Source: Selaginella moellendorffii (Eukaryota; Plantae; Lycopodiophyta). Taken from it: a stretch of 64,000 nucleotides of DNA. The stretch is from NCBI RefSeq assembly GCF_000143415.4, contig NW_003314279.1, positions 2,286,401 through 2,350,400 of the forward strand. The letters are read 5' to 3'. This document shows positions 9,831-24,300 of the stretch, piece after piece. How positions within the stretch are numbered: position 1 is the stretch's first letter; each line of letters starts with the position of its first letter. The translations under genes and the position numbers were made by a program. The notes beneath the pieces are model-generated. The model worked only from the letters and a program-made list of their open reading frames with translations, did not search any database and was not told where the DNA came from.

Positions 9831-12800
9831 ATATGCGATGATTGGGTAGGGGAGTTTAATGAAATAAAGATGAAGATGATGAATATGTGGGAAGGCCACA
9901 ATATATTATTTTTATGTGGTTCCCCAGTTCACAACTAAGTGAAAATTATGCCTTTTTATACATATCAATGATAATGTGCTTATAGCTAATCGAACACTTT
10001 TGGAGGGAAGTGTGGTGCATGGCAATGGTTTTTTTGTTTCATTTTTATGAGCACAGATTTGTGATGTATTAATTGTGATCATTATCTCTCTTTTCATTTC
10101 TCACAATTATAATTCACTTTTCATGGCTGTGGCTCATTTCTCATGGCTATAGGTTATTTTTTGCTGTTGTAGCTCATTTCTTGCAGCTTGGAAGTGTAGC
10201 ACGCTCTAATATATGCACTGTGCTTAAATGAATCAATCTTGCCTCTCATTTCTCATAGTTTATTTGCAATATGATGCCCTAAATGGCAAGTGTAATTGAT
10301 TGGAGTGCGGAAGTAAAACATTCGTTTGGGTGCTTGGGGTATTAAACATGATGGTTTTTAGCGTTGTAGTGATTTGTTACACTACAAATTAATAGTATAA
10401 ACCTTTTATTATTGGGTTTTTGTTTCTTGGCCTAAGTTTAGTGGTTGCTACAGTGATTATGTTGTAGTGCATTGCAATGCAATGGTTACACGTAAGTAAG
10501 TAACTAATTTATACCTATTCCTCTTCAATGTATATGTGTTTTTTAATCTAGATTCTTCTTTCCATAGCCAATGAGTTGATAGTTTTACACCTATATTAAT
10601 GACAAGCACTTAGGTATATAACTATAGTATGGCATTGTTGAGTCCAAACATTCATATCACTTTGTTAGTGTGGACATACTTCCAAGCGAGTCCCCTATTA
10701 GTATATTTTGAATTTTGAAATGCATGTAAAGTTATTCAGCTCTTTTTTTTTGTAGAATATCAAGAATTAAGGCATTATTATGCTAATTGAGGATAGTTGC
10801 ATGTGGGGATACTAGTATATTTATATCATTTATATACCTCCACATATTTATGCTTATATGTGTTTTTTTTTTTCTTTCCAAGAGAAAGATTCATGCTTTA
10901 TTGGACTAGACACAGTTTAGTGGCAATAGTTGCTAAGACACATATTTGAGATTAGAGTCCTTTTATCTCCCGGCATAACAAACATGCATGTGTGGGTTTT
11001 CCATACAACCCTCCTCTATTGCAAGTCACAGAGTTAGCAACACAAGTGGAGGATAATATTGTGAAGGAAAGTAAAGAAGGAGTGGTAGAAGAGCATTTCA
11101 CTGTTATGGAGATTGTAGAAGAAGAAATGCTAGATTTTGAGAATGTAAAGGAAGCAACTCTACAAGTGCAAGATCACATATGACAAAGTTGATGTTGCTA
11201 TGAAGGTGTGATAAGCATTTATAACATATGATCTTAATAGATATCCTTTACTTCTTTTTAGTTATTTTTTCTTTGTAGGGTTGGTGCCACACACCTTGTA
11301 ACACAATTTTACATTGCATAGCATGAGGTGGTAAATGAACATAAGCTAATGGTTGAAGGCAAAGTCAACAAACGTGAGATGGCAAAAGACCTTCCTTATA
11401 ATGTTATGAAGGAGGAGCCTTCACACCATTTAGAGTTTAGATGCCAAAAATGCAATAAATCATGCAACATAAACACATCACAAACATCATACAATCTTGA
11501 TCCAGAGTGATTTCTTGTAATGGTTGTGATTTTTTTGCATGGAGGGACACTCTTGATAAATGAATATCTTCTTCATGTTTTTTTTATATATACATATATA
11601 TAAGACTATAATATTATATCTATATACTTTTGCCCTTCCAAGGTATTTGCAATTACATGTGTAAATGCATATATAAGCTTCTATACATATGATCTATAGT
11701 GCTTATACACAATTAATACCAATACTATATAATAAGAAGCTTTAATTTGGTAAAAATTCTCTATTATTTTGAGGCAAAACAAATTTTATGGCATTTTGCC
11801 CTTTGACTAATCTGGAATTAAAGTATGGTTTATATGATTTTAGGTTTCTTTAAATTAATTTTAAAAACATTAGCTACCATAAATTATTGCTTCCAATTTT
11901 AAAATTTTGTGGCAACATTTGGTATACAATATATTTAATTAGTTGTATTAAATTTGTAGCAATTTTATACTCTTACAACATATTCCTTGATTTAGAATTT
12001 ATATATCTTCCCTTCAAATGTGCAAAGAGGAGGAAGGATGAGAATACCTCCTCTTACATAACAAGTTATTCAATATTTATTTATGGAACTCTTAAATAAA
12101 ATTGCAAATAATAACAATTTACAAGTAAATTTTTGTGCAAATATATAGATGTTTTATTGTTTTTTTACTTGGGAGGATTCATCTTTCTTAGATGGATCCA
12201 TTAGTTTACCCATACAAGCTTGCCATATGGATGGATCATTGATTGAGCCCTTCAATCAATTAATGGTTAGTTGTAGTCAATCAATTGATCAATAGGCCCA
12301 TTGATCAATCACGACCCATCAATTGATTAATTATATAGTAATGGTAAATGTGGCAAGCAAAAGGAGTTATGATGGATCCATACCTAACCACAACTATTTA
12401 CCATTGGCTATAGGTTATCCATTGTTACTCACAACCTATAGCCGATTATGGATTTCAGATTTTGTGCATATATGATGCTGATGTGTGCTTAAATTTCCTT
12501 TTTTTTTTAGAGTGTAATATACTTATTGAAAGTGATAGGCAGTGGTCTTATTTTTTTTTCTCTATTGTTTAGTTAAGAGTGCAACAAATAAAAAATGCAT
12601 ATTTTATTTGTTATTCTTTGCTAGTATGTAACATTCTTGTGTTTGCACTTTATGGAGTCATTTATGCAATAGACTATTTTTCTATGTTTACTAATGTGCA
12701 AAAATTGTATTAAATTTTAAGAATTGCTCCAAAGTGCTTGATAAAAACAATCCCTTCATGACATAGTTCAAAATGACATATTCATGACTCCTTTCATCTA

Positions 12801-15800
12801 TGCTTTGCTATGGCCTCCATGCATGCCATAATATAGCAATGAGCAGGCTTAGTGCTAATAAAGACTACCAAACATACGTGTGGTGGGACATGTGCATGAT
12901 CCACTAGCAAAAGTTACACTGCCCTTGTGTTTGATTGGGTTCCTAGTGTAGGCATGTAGGGGAACTATTATATTTCTTTGTTGCAAGATATAGTGGTGGA
13001 AGTGTTAGTTGATGCAAAGTTTGAAGGAAAGGTTAAGGATGATGGTACAGATTAGCATATCATCATGATATGGTGATGGAGTGTCATCTTTGCATTATTG
13101 GGTTATGGGTGGAATGTATTCAAGATTCTATTGACATCAATGAAGTTGGCCATACAATGTTCCGAAGAAAGCATTAGCAGTTTGTGGGGGGGGGGGGAAT
13201 TAACATATGTGTAGGCAAGCTATTGCTATCTACCTATACAAACCCATGACATAGACGATAGAACTAGAAATCTTACAATACAAGTTAGAGTGGTTGGTGG
13301 GGGGGATGCTAAGCTCCCCATACCAGTTCTTCTAGTGACCCCACAACAAAACCTACACTTTAGTCATGGCTATTTACCTGTAAAGCCTTGCATAATTTCA
13401 ATTTGCAATCCTCTAAGCCAAGAGGTAGTCATTCTATTTGATGACCATTAAGACCTGGTGGTTCTAGAGGTGCACGAACCGGGTTAGTTCTAAACTTGCA
13501 CCAACTAGGGCAACCATAGAATTGCCCTAATTCCTAACCCATACTTTCAACGAAGTCCTTGTGGAGATGGATGTAGTTGCTAATGCAATATCAAATGTAA
13601 ATATAGACATTGTAACCATAGAAGAGGCAGTTTCAATGGAGGATGAAGAGAGTGTGGTGGCATTGGATGAAAGGATAGGGCACAAATCAGGTATATGATA
13701 GACTTCCTTTGTCTATGTGAAAACAATAACATTGATTTTTTGCGGCTAATCAATAACACACAGATATACTTTGTAGGGTTACAACTTTGTGATGCCAAGC
13801 ATGCATGTACGTAAACTTGATAGCACATGCTAGGGGCCTTAGTGGCTATTGAGATTGCACATAAATACATTATGCACGGTTATGCCACCATTACCTTCTG
13901 CTATGATTGGGGTAGATTAAAGCAACCTTTTTGGGGCTAGATGCCATAGTGGGGAAATGTGTATATCTTGTGTTATAGGTTTGGACACTACCCAACACAG
14001 ACATTTGAGAGGGTATCCTTTTGTCCTTGGACGCAAAAGTTGAGGAATTTATAGAGTTACCAATTTGCATAACAATTGAGTAGCAAATCTCCCACAGGAG
14101 TTTGGCAATGGACTTTGATATTTTTCACAACTATCTAGTGTGGCACAAAAGTGGGTGAAGAAGATATTTCCATCGTGATAAAAAGTGCATTCAACGCCAT
14201 AGGAATTGCTCAAAGTAATAGAGCATGAATAGAAAGCTTAATGAGCCCACTACCATAATGAGGCCATGTGGGCTTTTTAACCACTCCTGAATGCAATGCA
14301 TAGCTCCAGATACCCCCAAACTCCTTAAGACTTGCCAAGTGAGCATGCAATACATAGTTTTTCAGATTTGCTAGGTGAGCATGTAATATATATTTTTTTT
14401 TTCAGATTTAGAGTGTTGCAAGTGTGTATAAATTTGTCTTAGTATACAGGCTTTGCATCTATGTTTAGAGGAACAAAATGGCTTTCCCCTCTTTACTTTG
14501 TGTATGGCTGGTTTGTTGGTAGTCAGATGGTGTTAGATGACAATATGCAAGACTTTGGAGGGTCAACAAAACAAGCTATGAAAGCTACTTAGGGCTAAGT
14601 ACGACTTGTTTTGCATTCATACTTCAACAAGTATGAGGGAGGGTGAAGTTAGCACACATATGCTCTTGGGGCCAATTTTTGGTCAGCTCATACAGCCACT
14701 CAATCATCAATCCACACACGAAAGGCATCTGCACATATATAAAAATTTCATATAGGTGTATATGGTTGGGATCATGATGTTTCATATCCTAGTAGCAAAG
14801 ATGCAATCAGATTGCTTATATAGTTGCTTTGCTCTATGTGGTTTGCAATGGTATAGATGCATTTCATTTTAGCACGCAATAGTGGGTGGTGTTTTAGGAC
14901 CTTCACCTTTATATGCCATGCATATGGGAGCCACTCAACACTATATGAAGTGTGGTGGAAGGTGCCACAGATGACTAACAAATTTTGCTTAGTAACAGAA
15001 GGCAAAACAAAGGTCTATAAGAATATACAAAGATTTTGGGGTGGTGGAGTTTGGTACTATGTACTAAGAGACTCTTGAGTTTGCCATCAAGAGTATTGTG
15101 CATTGCATTTTCTTTGTCAAGACAACAGTAATGACTAGTGCTCTGCAAATAGGCTTTCAACACTACACAATATCCACCATATAGCACTAAACATTAACTT
15201 TAAGAAGATCATGGCCAATATATTTACCTCAGCTTACAACAAGTTATATTCACTTACTCAAACTTGTTGGATGTATATCTACCAAATTTATTACAAACAT
15301 TTGGTGGCAAAGACAACATTATATATTTACACATATGCTTGGCAGAGATGGCAATCGAAAAGTGATTGTATGTAAAATATTTTTGCAAGCAACTCAAAAC
15401 AAAAAAATTATCCACATATGTGTAAATATATAATGCTCCAACATGAAATCATATATTTATTGCTATAGCTACAACAATATGTATATTATATCCCATCTTG
15501 AATTGTATAAGTAAAAACTTGTATGTTTAATCTTTTGTTTTTATTTAGAATGTATTAAATTTCCCTTCTCTCATACGACTTCAATTAGGGGTGAATATTC
15601 ATCTAATGTTTTTTATTGTCATAATATGTGTTATAAGGAAAGAGGATACATGTAAGAATGATATTGATAAAGATATATTTGAGATTAAAAAAATGACACC
15701 AAGACAAGCATAATCAGAACTCATTCTTGAGGATAACTAGGTAAGTTTTAAATATTGACCATAGTTGACTCATTAACTAAAGTGTGAGACCTTTACATGT

Positions 15801-16998
15801 TAGTATTTTTATTATATTGAAATAAAAAAACCTCTGCTAACAATCATTATTGTACAGGTATAATCCTTTCAATAATATCTTATTTTCTTTATAAAATTTA
15901 AAAATAATTTTCTGCATGTTGCATACAATAATGCTTAGTTTTTTTAATAGTAATATTATTCTTACTTATTAATCTAATTGATAAAATGGAAATTTAAAAT
16001 TATAAATATATTTATAATTTGTAAAACAAGATTAATCTTATTTCATATCAACCATTAGATGTTATAATAAACTATAATATATTATATAGTGCTTATAATT
16101 TATAAACATGTTTATAAATTATAAATAAAGATTAATCTAAATGAATAAAACAGTTAGATGGTAAAATATTCTAGAATACCAAGTATATTTTAGGTATATT
16201 CACTACCACACCAGTGAGTAAACCATCTAAAATATACTTGTATTTTATTAAATACTCAATAAAAGATATCAAGGATTTAATTCATATTGATCACTTCAAT
16301 AGCCAACTTCAATTCTTATTCACCAGCCAACTTTAACTCTTATTAATTTCTTTATCAGCTAACTAAAGACAAGCATTTCATGTTATAATTATCCCAAGAT
16401 AACCTCCTTAAAATCAAGAATATAACCTTAATACATTAGTGAATATATTCTTGGCTATTAATTTTTTTATTTTTAATATATTTTGCAAAAATAAAATTAG
16501 AAGCATCATTATTTGACTTTTTCCTTTTAATGCCATAGTCAGATATAACTATATTAAATTTAAAACTAATAGCCAATTTGTGAGAGACTTAGCCATTCTT
16601 TAAAGCCTCTTGATCAATAAATATATCATCAACATTTCCTAATCATGTGTGAATTTATAGCTTCTCAATTTTTTTTCCTTCTCTTCTTCCAGATTATAAT
16701 TGTACAAATTGCTTAAATTCTCTCAAACCTGCTATAAATTTAAATTCTCTCAAATCAATTGTATGCAAAAACTTTGGATTTTCTTCCTTCAATATGATTT
16801 TTTTGAGGTTTGATAATGGTTATAGACAATAATTCCACACAATACATACATGCATACGATATCAAATTCAAGATAAATTTAAGTTTGTAATTTGAAAAGA
16901 ACTCTACACGGATTTTACTATCTATTTTTTAGGTTTGATAAAAGCCAGAAATAATAAAATGGTTTAAACCTTCAATTTTATGTTTATTAATTTATCAA

Positions 16999-18937
16999 CT
17001 AATTGTACTTGTTTCTGATTTTTCTTTTTAATGAGAAATAAGGAGAATAAATCTTATTGTTTGATGCTTCCAGCATACAGACCTGATCACAGCTGTCTAG
17101 TGTAAATGGCATGGCAAGTAGAACTTCTTTAGCTCCACACAAATGAACACTTCTGCAAAGAAGATCAACCACACATCCATATTGTTCCCTCCTTACAGTA
17201 AGTCCATGGTCAACTATCATAGACAAAAAGACTGACCCTGCATTTACTATTCCACCTTGATGACTACAACCCAACAAAACTGATGTGAACGTCACATCAT
17301 CAGCAAAGAATCCCTCCAAAAGCATCACAGCCAAGAGCTGCATACTCCAATTCATGCCCAATATGGTGTTGAAGGAAATAACATCCCAAGCAGGCATGGC
17401 ATGGAAAAACGCTAAGGCCTTTACCGCATGCCCAGTTCTGGCAAATGCCAAGAGCATTGCATTCCAGGACACCATGTTTCGGTCTGGCATTTGGTGAAAG
17501 ATCTTAACTGATTCCATAAACTGTAGATGGTGCGTGAATGCTGTTAACCTTGCATTCCAAGAGATTAGATCGTGATAAGGCGCACTATCAAACATCAATG
17601 TCGACAGTGACAAATGGCCGGCTTCGGCATACGCGGAAATTAGAGCATTCCAGGATACTTGATCCCTTCCCGGCATAGAATCAAAGCAAAGTTTAGCGGA
17701 TTCCAAATCGCCGCGCTCGGCATAGGCAATGAGCATTGTGTTCCACGAAACAAGATCTCTCACTGGCATGGCGGCGAAAAAGGCTCTAGCCTCCACAAAC
17801 TTTCCATGCTGAGCATTTGCAAGAAGCATAGCATTCCAGGCGATGATATCCCGCTGCGGCATCTGGTCGAATGCGTTTCTAGCAGCAGCGAGATCGCCAT
17901 TTTGGGCGAAGGCGACAAGAAGCGCTGTCCTTGAAACGACGTCAAAATCCGGCATGGAATTAAATACTTCTCGCGCCTTTTCCAGATCTCCACTCTGGCC
18001 ATACAGGCAGATCATGTTCGTCCAGGACATGATCACGCTCCGGCATTGAATCAAAAAGTTTTCTCGATTCCTCCACCATCTCGTGCTCCAAATCCCTGGC
18101 AAAATTGTAAACGAATCCACACAGCATCCCATTGAACGACACAAGATCTCGCTCAGGCATCACTTCAAACATTCCTCGCGCCTCTTCCAGACATCCGTGG
18201 ATGGAGAATGCCGTGAACATCGCGTTCCAGCACACCATGTCCCTGTAGGGCATAGAATCAAATATGTAACTGGCGCCAAGCAGATGCCCAGCTTGAGAAT
18301 ATGCCAAGAGCATAGTCGTCCACGATGATAGATTCCTTGCAGGCATTGACTTAAAAAATCTTCTAGCGTCCATGAGATTCCCGTTTCGGGTGTGGGCCGA
18401 AAGCATTGCATTCCAGCAAATTTGATCAGCGCGAGGCATCTCGCTAAATATTTTAAGCGCTTTAGCAAGATGCCCCAATTGGGCATATGCCACAAGAATA
18501 GAGGTTTTGGCCACAATGTCTTTAAACGGCATGTATTTGTACATATCCTCGGCATCACCAAGGTAGCCACTCCGTGCGCATGACACCAACATGGCCGTCC
18601 ATGATGCCGGGGACCTTTGTGGCATCTCATCAAAAACGTACTTTGCCTTTTGAATATGCCCGTTTTGGGCATATGCCGAGAGCAAAAGATCCCACGAGAA
18701 GGAATTCTTATCTTGGATTCCCTCAAAGACCAAGCAAGCATCGGAGATGCTGCCACATCTTCCGTACATTTGTATGAGGAGATTGGAGAGGAAGACCTGG
18801 GAGCCGGGAAAGTGTTTGAGACAAGGAAGAACTCGCGAGTGAGTGGACTTGGCCTGGGCGATTGTTGTGGAGGATTTGATGAGAAGAACGCACTTCTCTA
18901 GATCGAGGCAAGGCTCTCGTGCAGCTGCCGGATTCAT
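16999..18937 (-). pseudogene. PLS-class PPR protein gene with E-like C-terminus, one frameshift near 18030
   Basis: Two overlapping ORFs (17960-18982, 16999-18144) of 31-aa repeats (MPxRDxVSWNAML) and EQYGCVVDLL; the frame switches at MPERD|xMSWT. Confidence 0.85.
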
Positions 18938-20689
18938 GCTTGTTGCTGCTGGAGATACATGGTCTGCTGGCTGACCGGACAATTCACCAGCGGATCACTC
19001 ATGCAATAGATTCTTTTTTTTGCAGCTCCTGAATCTGGGTGGGTGCTATGCAAGCATAACACTAACATTATACAGCAAGTACATACGAAGGCATCATGTA
19101 GTCCTTGAGAATGCCCATCTTAGCATTGCTGTTGATCATCTCATTGGCCTTGCGGAGGAGAGCCTTGCAATACAGCCCATGCATTAGCGTGATGGATTAT
19201 GGAGGTGGTGTTGGAAAAGTCCTAGAAAAACTCCCAAAGCTTCTTTTTCAAAGATGGTAACCTCAAGAAAACAACAAAGACTTATCTCCATCATCGGGCG
19301 AAAGAGCTCCAAGATAATTAAGTTATGTTAGCAACTCAATTTCCTTTACCTGCACTGAATAATAAAACACCTGTGTAAAATTCTAAGCTTAAATTACAAC
19401 CTTATTTTAAACAAAATATTTTAAATTTAGATAAAATAAAATTTAAAATTATTTACTTATTGGTCCTTTTCAGTCTAAATAAACATAATTTAAAAAATAA
19501 AAATATCTTTTATTTTATTTAATATTTAAGATATTAAGGTTTAGATTTTATTAGATTCATCTAAGCAAAAAAACGCAATTAGAGGTGCAAACTTTTGACA
19601 TTACAATCAATCAACTATTGTTTGGAGAGGCATAGCATACCCTGAGAGGGATGATGAATCAAAAAAGAACTAACCACTATATAGTTGTGAAGGTACATAG
19701 AGGGAAATGTCAACTTTTATTAGTCCTATATTAAAACAAAGTAAATCTACTACCATATAGAGTCGAATTCTTAAAATCTAATTATTATTTCAAATTGTTT
19801 TATAAAATTTGATAGAAAAATATTTAGATTCTGTAATTAATTTTATTAATAAAAACTTAGAGTATTCTTAAATATACTTGCACATTATAGTCTAAATTTT
19901 AATCTAATAGTAATCTTATATTTTAAAGTTATACAATTATATTGGATTGTTATTAGCTAATAATTTTGACATAGAATCCTTAATATAATGAATCAATGAC
20001 ATATACATCTTAAAACATTTTTACCTCTTTGGGCTCTTCTTTATTATCAAGGTTACAATCTGAAGAGTAGCATTTGTTGTCAAACTTATAACATTTTATG
20101 ATCAAAATAAATAATTTTCAATTACACTACTTACATGAGAAGTAAGTTCCACACTTATAGCTTATTAAATTAGTTCTTTTCGGTACTTTATAGCCCATCT
20201 TATGATCTAGCAAAATCTCTAAATGTACAAACATTAGGCTCAAAAGGAAAATACTACTTAATTGTATGTGCAATTGACATAACACAACTTATAGATATCC
20301 TTAGATAGTAGGGATAGAAGGTATAAAATATATAGTAGGGATAAAAGGTTGTTTATTTTTGTTTTTCATTTGACTTGGGTGTAAGCCCAAACTCTATACC
20401 ACACTAGCTAGTGGATTACCCATATCCTCGCATTAGACCATTGATATATTGAAATAACCCTAGATTTTATTTAGCTCCGTTTACATACAGGTATTCACAT
20501 TAGGATGTTATATGCTCTAGAACTATTTCAATATCACTCTATACTCTTTTTCTGTTACTCTTTAGTTATATGTTTATGAGTTGTTATGTGCTTTTATTCC
20601 TTTGCTTTTTGGCACCAATTTACTGAAGTGTTGTAGGCTAAAAAGATCCCCAAAATCAAGACCAAAATAATAAAGAGTTCATTTGATGA

Positions 20690-20800
20690 GATTGAGTTTG
20701 AGATCCGAGATCGAATTCAAGATTGAGTCCAAAACCAAGTCCAGGGGCTAAGTTTAAATATTAATACAGATCATAGGGTGAAAGCTCAAAGCAATCATCT
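20690..20800 (-). repeat. Degenerate piece of the same LTR family (GAGTCC repeats + GGGTGAAAGCTCAAAGC)
   Basis: Matches the motif at 57241-57260. Confidence 0.5.
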
Positions 20801-21066
20801 CTTAAACATGTAAAGGGTTCCAAAAGTATAATAGGGATAGTGAGGTTAGGATGCAATCTTGAAGGAATTCTCCAGCAGTGCTTCCAAATCAAGTTAGGGT
20901 TGGGATTAGGGGTTAATAAGCATAGATTTAAGGAATGCTAAAGAGGCTTCTTAAGAAAGTGCTCAAAAGTAGTTCCCACTCCTGAAAAGCAAACTAATTG
21001 TAGTGCTCCTAACACTGGTAGAGTGGTGTCCCACTTGAGTATCATGAGGTTCATTAGTCTTTGCTT

Positions 21067-21304
21067 NNNNNNNNNNNNNNNNNNNNNNNNNNNNNNNNNN
21101 NNNNNNNNNNNNNNNNNNNNNNNNNNNNNNNNNNNNNNNNNNNNNNNNNNNNNNNNNNNNNNNNNNNNNNNNNNNNNNNNNNNNNNNNNNNNNNNNNNNN
21201 NNNNNNNNNNNNNNNNNNNNNNNNNNNNNNNNNNNNNNNNNNNNNNNNNNNNNNNNNNNNNNNNNNNNNNNNNNNNNNNNNNNNNNNNNNNNNNNNNNNN
21301 NNNN
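21067..21304. other. Assembly gap (N run)
   Basis: Ns. Confidence 0.99.
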
Positions 21305-24300
21305 NTCTAACTCAAGGAGGGGGATTAAAAGAGACTTTAGGAATCTATAGAGAGTTGGTTAACCCCTATGCTCATATAATAAACAGTTGAATCTAAGTAG
21401 GATCAAGTTGAAATTAGTATGATAGGCATGAACCTTAGCAAAAGAACCTAACTAAAGTTAAGGCAAAGGTGGTCAAATAAACAAAGTAAGCTAGCAAATT
21501 GAAAAATAAAAATTTATAACTTACAACTATATGTTCAATTTTTTAGTAGCCCAAGGCCCTAAAACTCATATCCTATTCCATTATCCTTGGCATATGTGTC
21601 AAAGGGTTAAAATTCTGCTATATGGTTATCTTATGGTAAATTACTATATGGTATAGAGTCAAAACTATGTGCATTACAAATATATATCATATAATAACAA
21701 ATTAGACTAACTATATATTTGTGTTGATCTACCATCTCTTTCTTTGATATTTGAAGTTGTATTGTTAGGAAAAATTGATCATTTTGCCTAAGAGAAATAA
21801 TTATTTAAGTCCTTTTATATTTTCTCTACAAGATCATTGTGATCACTCCTATTTTGTAATTGTAAAATAGACTTTGAAGGTTGTATGAAATAACACACTT
21901 AGATAGCTATATTTAATAAATTTCTAACCTCTAGAAATTTTCTCAAACACTTTAGTTTTGCATAATTGTTTTGTGTTTCTTAGACATATATAGATTTGTC
22001 CTCAATAGTATTTAATGGCACTTAAGAAAGAAGTTATTAGTACTTTTTGCAATATAACTCCCTCACATATTTAGTTATTTTGGCTGCATTGAATTGCATA
22101 TCTCACTACATTTATATAAAAGTTATAAAGTATTATACAAATGCTTTAATTATATTGTATTCTAAATGTTGGTTTTGAAATGTTTGGAGTGAGTTCTAGG
22201 TCCCCAATTCCAATCTCAAATGTACCTTTGAAAACTTTTTTTTGAATGGATTGCATAGTATTGGGAAATGATTAAAGTATAGCAATGGAAAAACAATTTA
22301 CTAAGTCTTTTGTAGTATTGCAAATATGACTCTAAGTATCATATGTTAAATCTTTCAAATATTCTATCTTTATTGCCACAATGGAAAAAAATCAATATTG
22401 CCAATTCCTTTTGTTAGTTGTTTTTGTTCAAATGTTACTAAATTAGATTTAACATTTGAGCCAAATAAGCATATAATAAGAACTCATATGTATTTCTTAT
22501 TGAGTATACCTAGCCCAATTTTTAGTTCTTATTTGTTTTGTCTTGCATTAGCTTGATAAAATCTTTTTTATATTGAGCACTAGTCCCTCAATATCACTAT
22601 ATAATAGCTTATCATATCCACTAGACACTCTTGCTATTATATATTGGTCTCAATTTGGTTGTTTTAGCTATTTATAAAAGGTGTTTAGATCTACTAGATA
22701 TTTACTTTCTTGATATTGAATTTCTTGAATCACTCATATTTTTATATAACATTATAAATTTTTATCCAAACAAACCAATATAACCACATATAAATAACTC
22801 TACCAAAAGTTAGTGGCTTTAATTCCAAAACTCATTTTTCCAATTAATTCATCTTACATTCTACTCACAAATATTAAAATAAACATAGAGAAAGTAAAAT
22901 TCTCATAAGTAGCCATATTTATCAACTTTGGATTGTTAATACAAACTTGCCACTAAGTGTTAAAGTCCACTTCCTTCAATGCCCATGTACCCTTAGTATA
23001 TTCAATTTTTGTAGGACCTAGAAATCCTCCAATAATAAAAAACTTATTAAAAATAATATAAAATATAACTTTGTGCCATTAGTTCACAATCAAGATTGAA
23101 GTTTACATTGAACCCAAAGGTGCCAAACTCTTCTTGTTGAGGAGGAAGTATGAAATGCCTTTATAGTTACAATTGTTGGAAGTGCAACACTCGGCCTTTC
23201 ACCCACACCATTTAATAGTCTATTATTAATTTTAAAATGTTTGCTAAAATTATTTCTTTGTAATATGGTTGATTACTAAAGTATTCTTCTGATTTTACGT
23301 GCCACTAGGTTCATTGCCACACAGTGGGGGCTAAGCAAAGCACCTCCCTTTGGCTACTTGGAGATTCTAAGTAGATGGGTTTCATTTGAAATGTTTTATT
23401 TTAATTATTATGACTTAATGATATTTCCTTATGTAGACAAAGCTTTAACACTACACATGCAACACATAGCTCTTCCTCCTTATCAGGAAATTAAGCAAAA
23501 CATCATTTATAAATGAAAATTTTTTAAGATCAAAATCATCTAAATCACCTTACCCTTCCATAAGGTTATTTACCAAACTTACATCACCACTAGATTAATA
23601 TAGTTTCACTAACATTTAAATGTGCTAGATTGTTATACCAAAGGTAGTGAATTCCTTAAAATATTTTATTACATGAATATTCTAGAGGAATAAGGGATAT
23701 TTTAAGAAAGGGGTATATTCACCTTTTATGGATATTAAGAAGGATGAAAGTTCTCAAGTTTAAGTATATATCCACTATTGGGAGTTGGTGATTTCACTAG
23801 AAAATATTATTTTACCCAAGATCAAACAATTCACAACATTTTTCTCTTGCAATCTTTTATTTAAAGTGAGAGAAATTTATAGCTTCACATAATTTTATGA
23901 AAAAAAATTTATTTTTATGGCTAAATAGATCTTGACAAAATATTTTTAATGAGTTAGAAAATACAATTTTAGGCTTTGATAACCATCCCTAATATATAAT
24001 TAATTGCATTATCCCTTGAGAAACTCTTGAGTATGAAGTTCCTCATTACCCTTAAAGCTCTACTTTGCTACTCCTACTGCTTAAATATCCTTAACCTTTA
24101 TACATATATTCTATGTGGATAGTATTTATAATATATAAAGTCATTTAATAATGAATTAAATTAATTATATCTTTATTTACTAATACAATTAACATAGTTT
24201 GGTAATGGTTAAGCATTCTATATGATTCTATTTAAATTTTTCATTCTAATTAATCACTTAACTACACTTTTGCACTTGAAGGAGTCTCAATCACAACCTT

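Noticed and set aside
9900-15200. Short ORFs and possible integrase-like traces (13560-14200)
   Set aside because: Too degenerate to support a specific call by eye.
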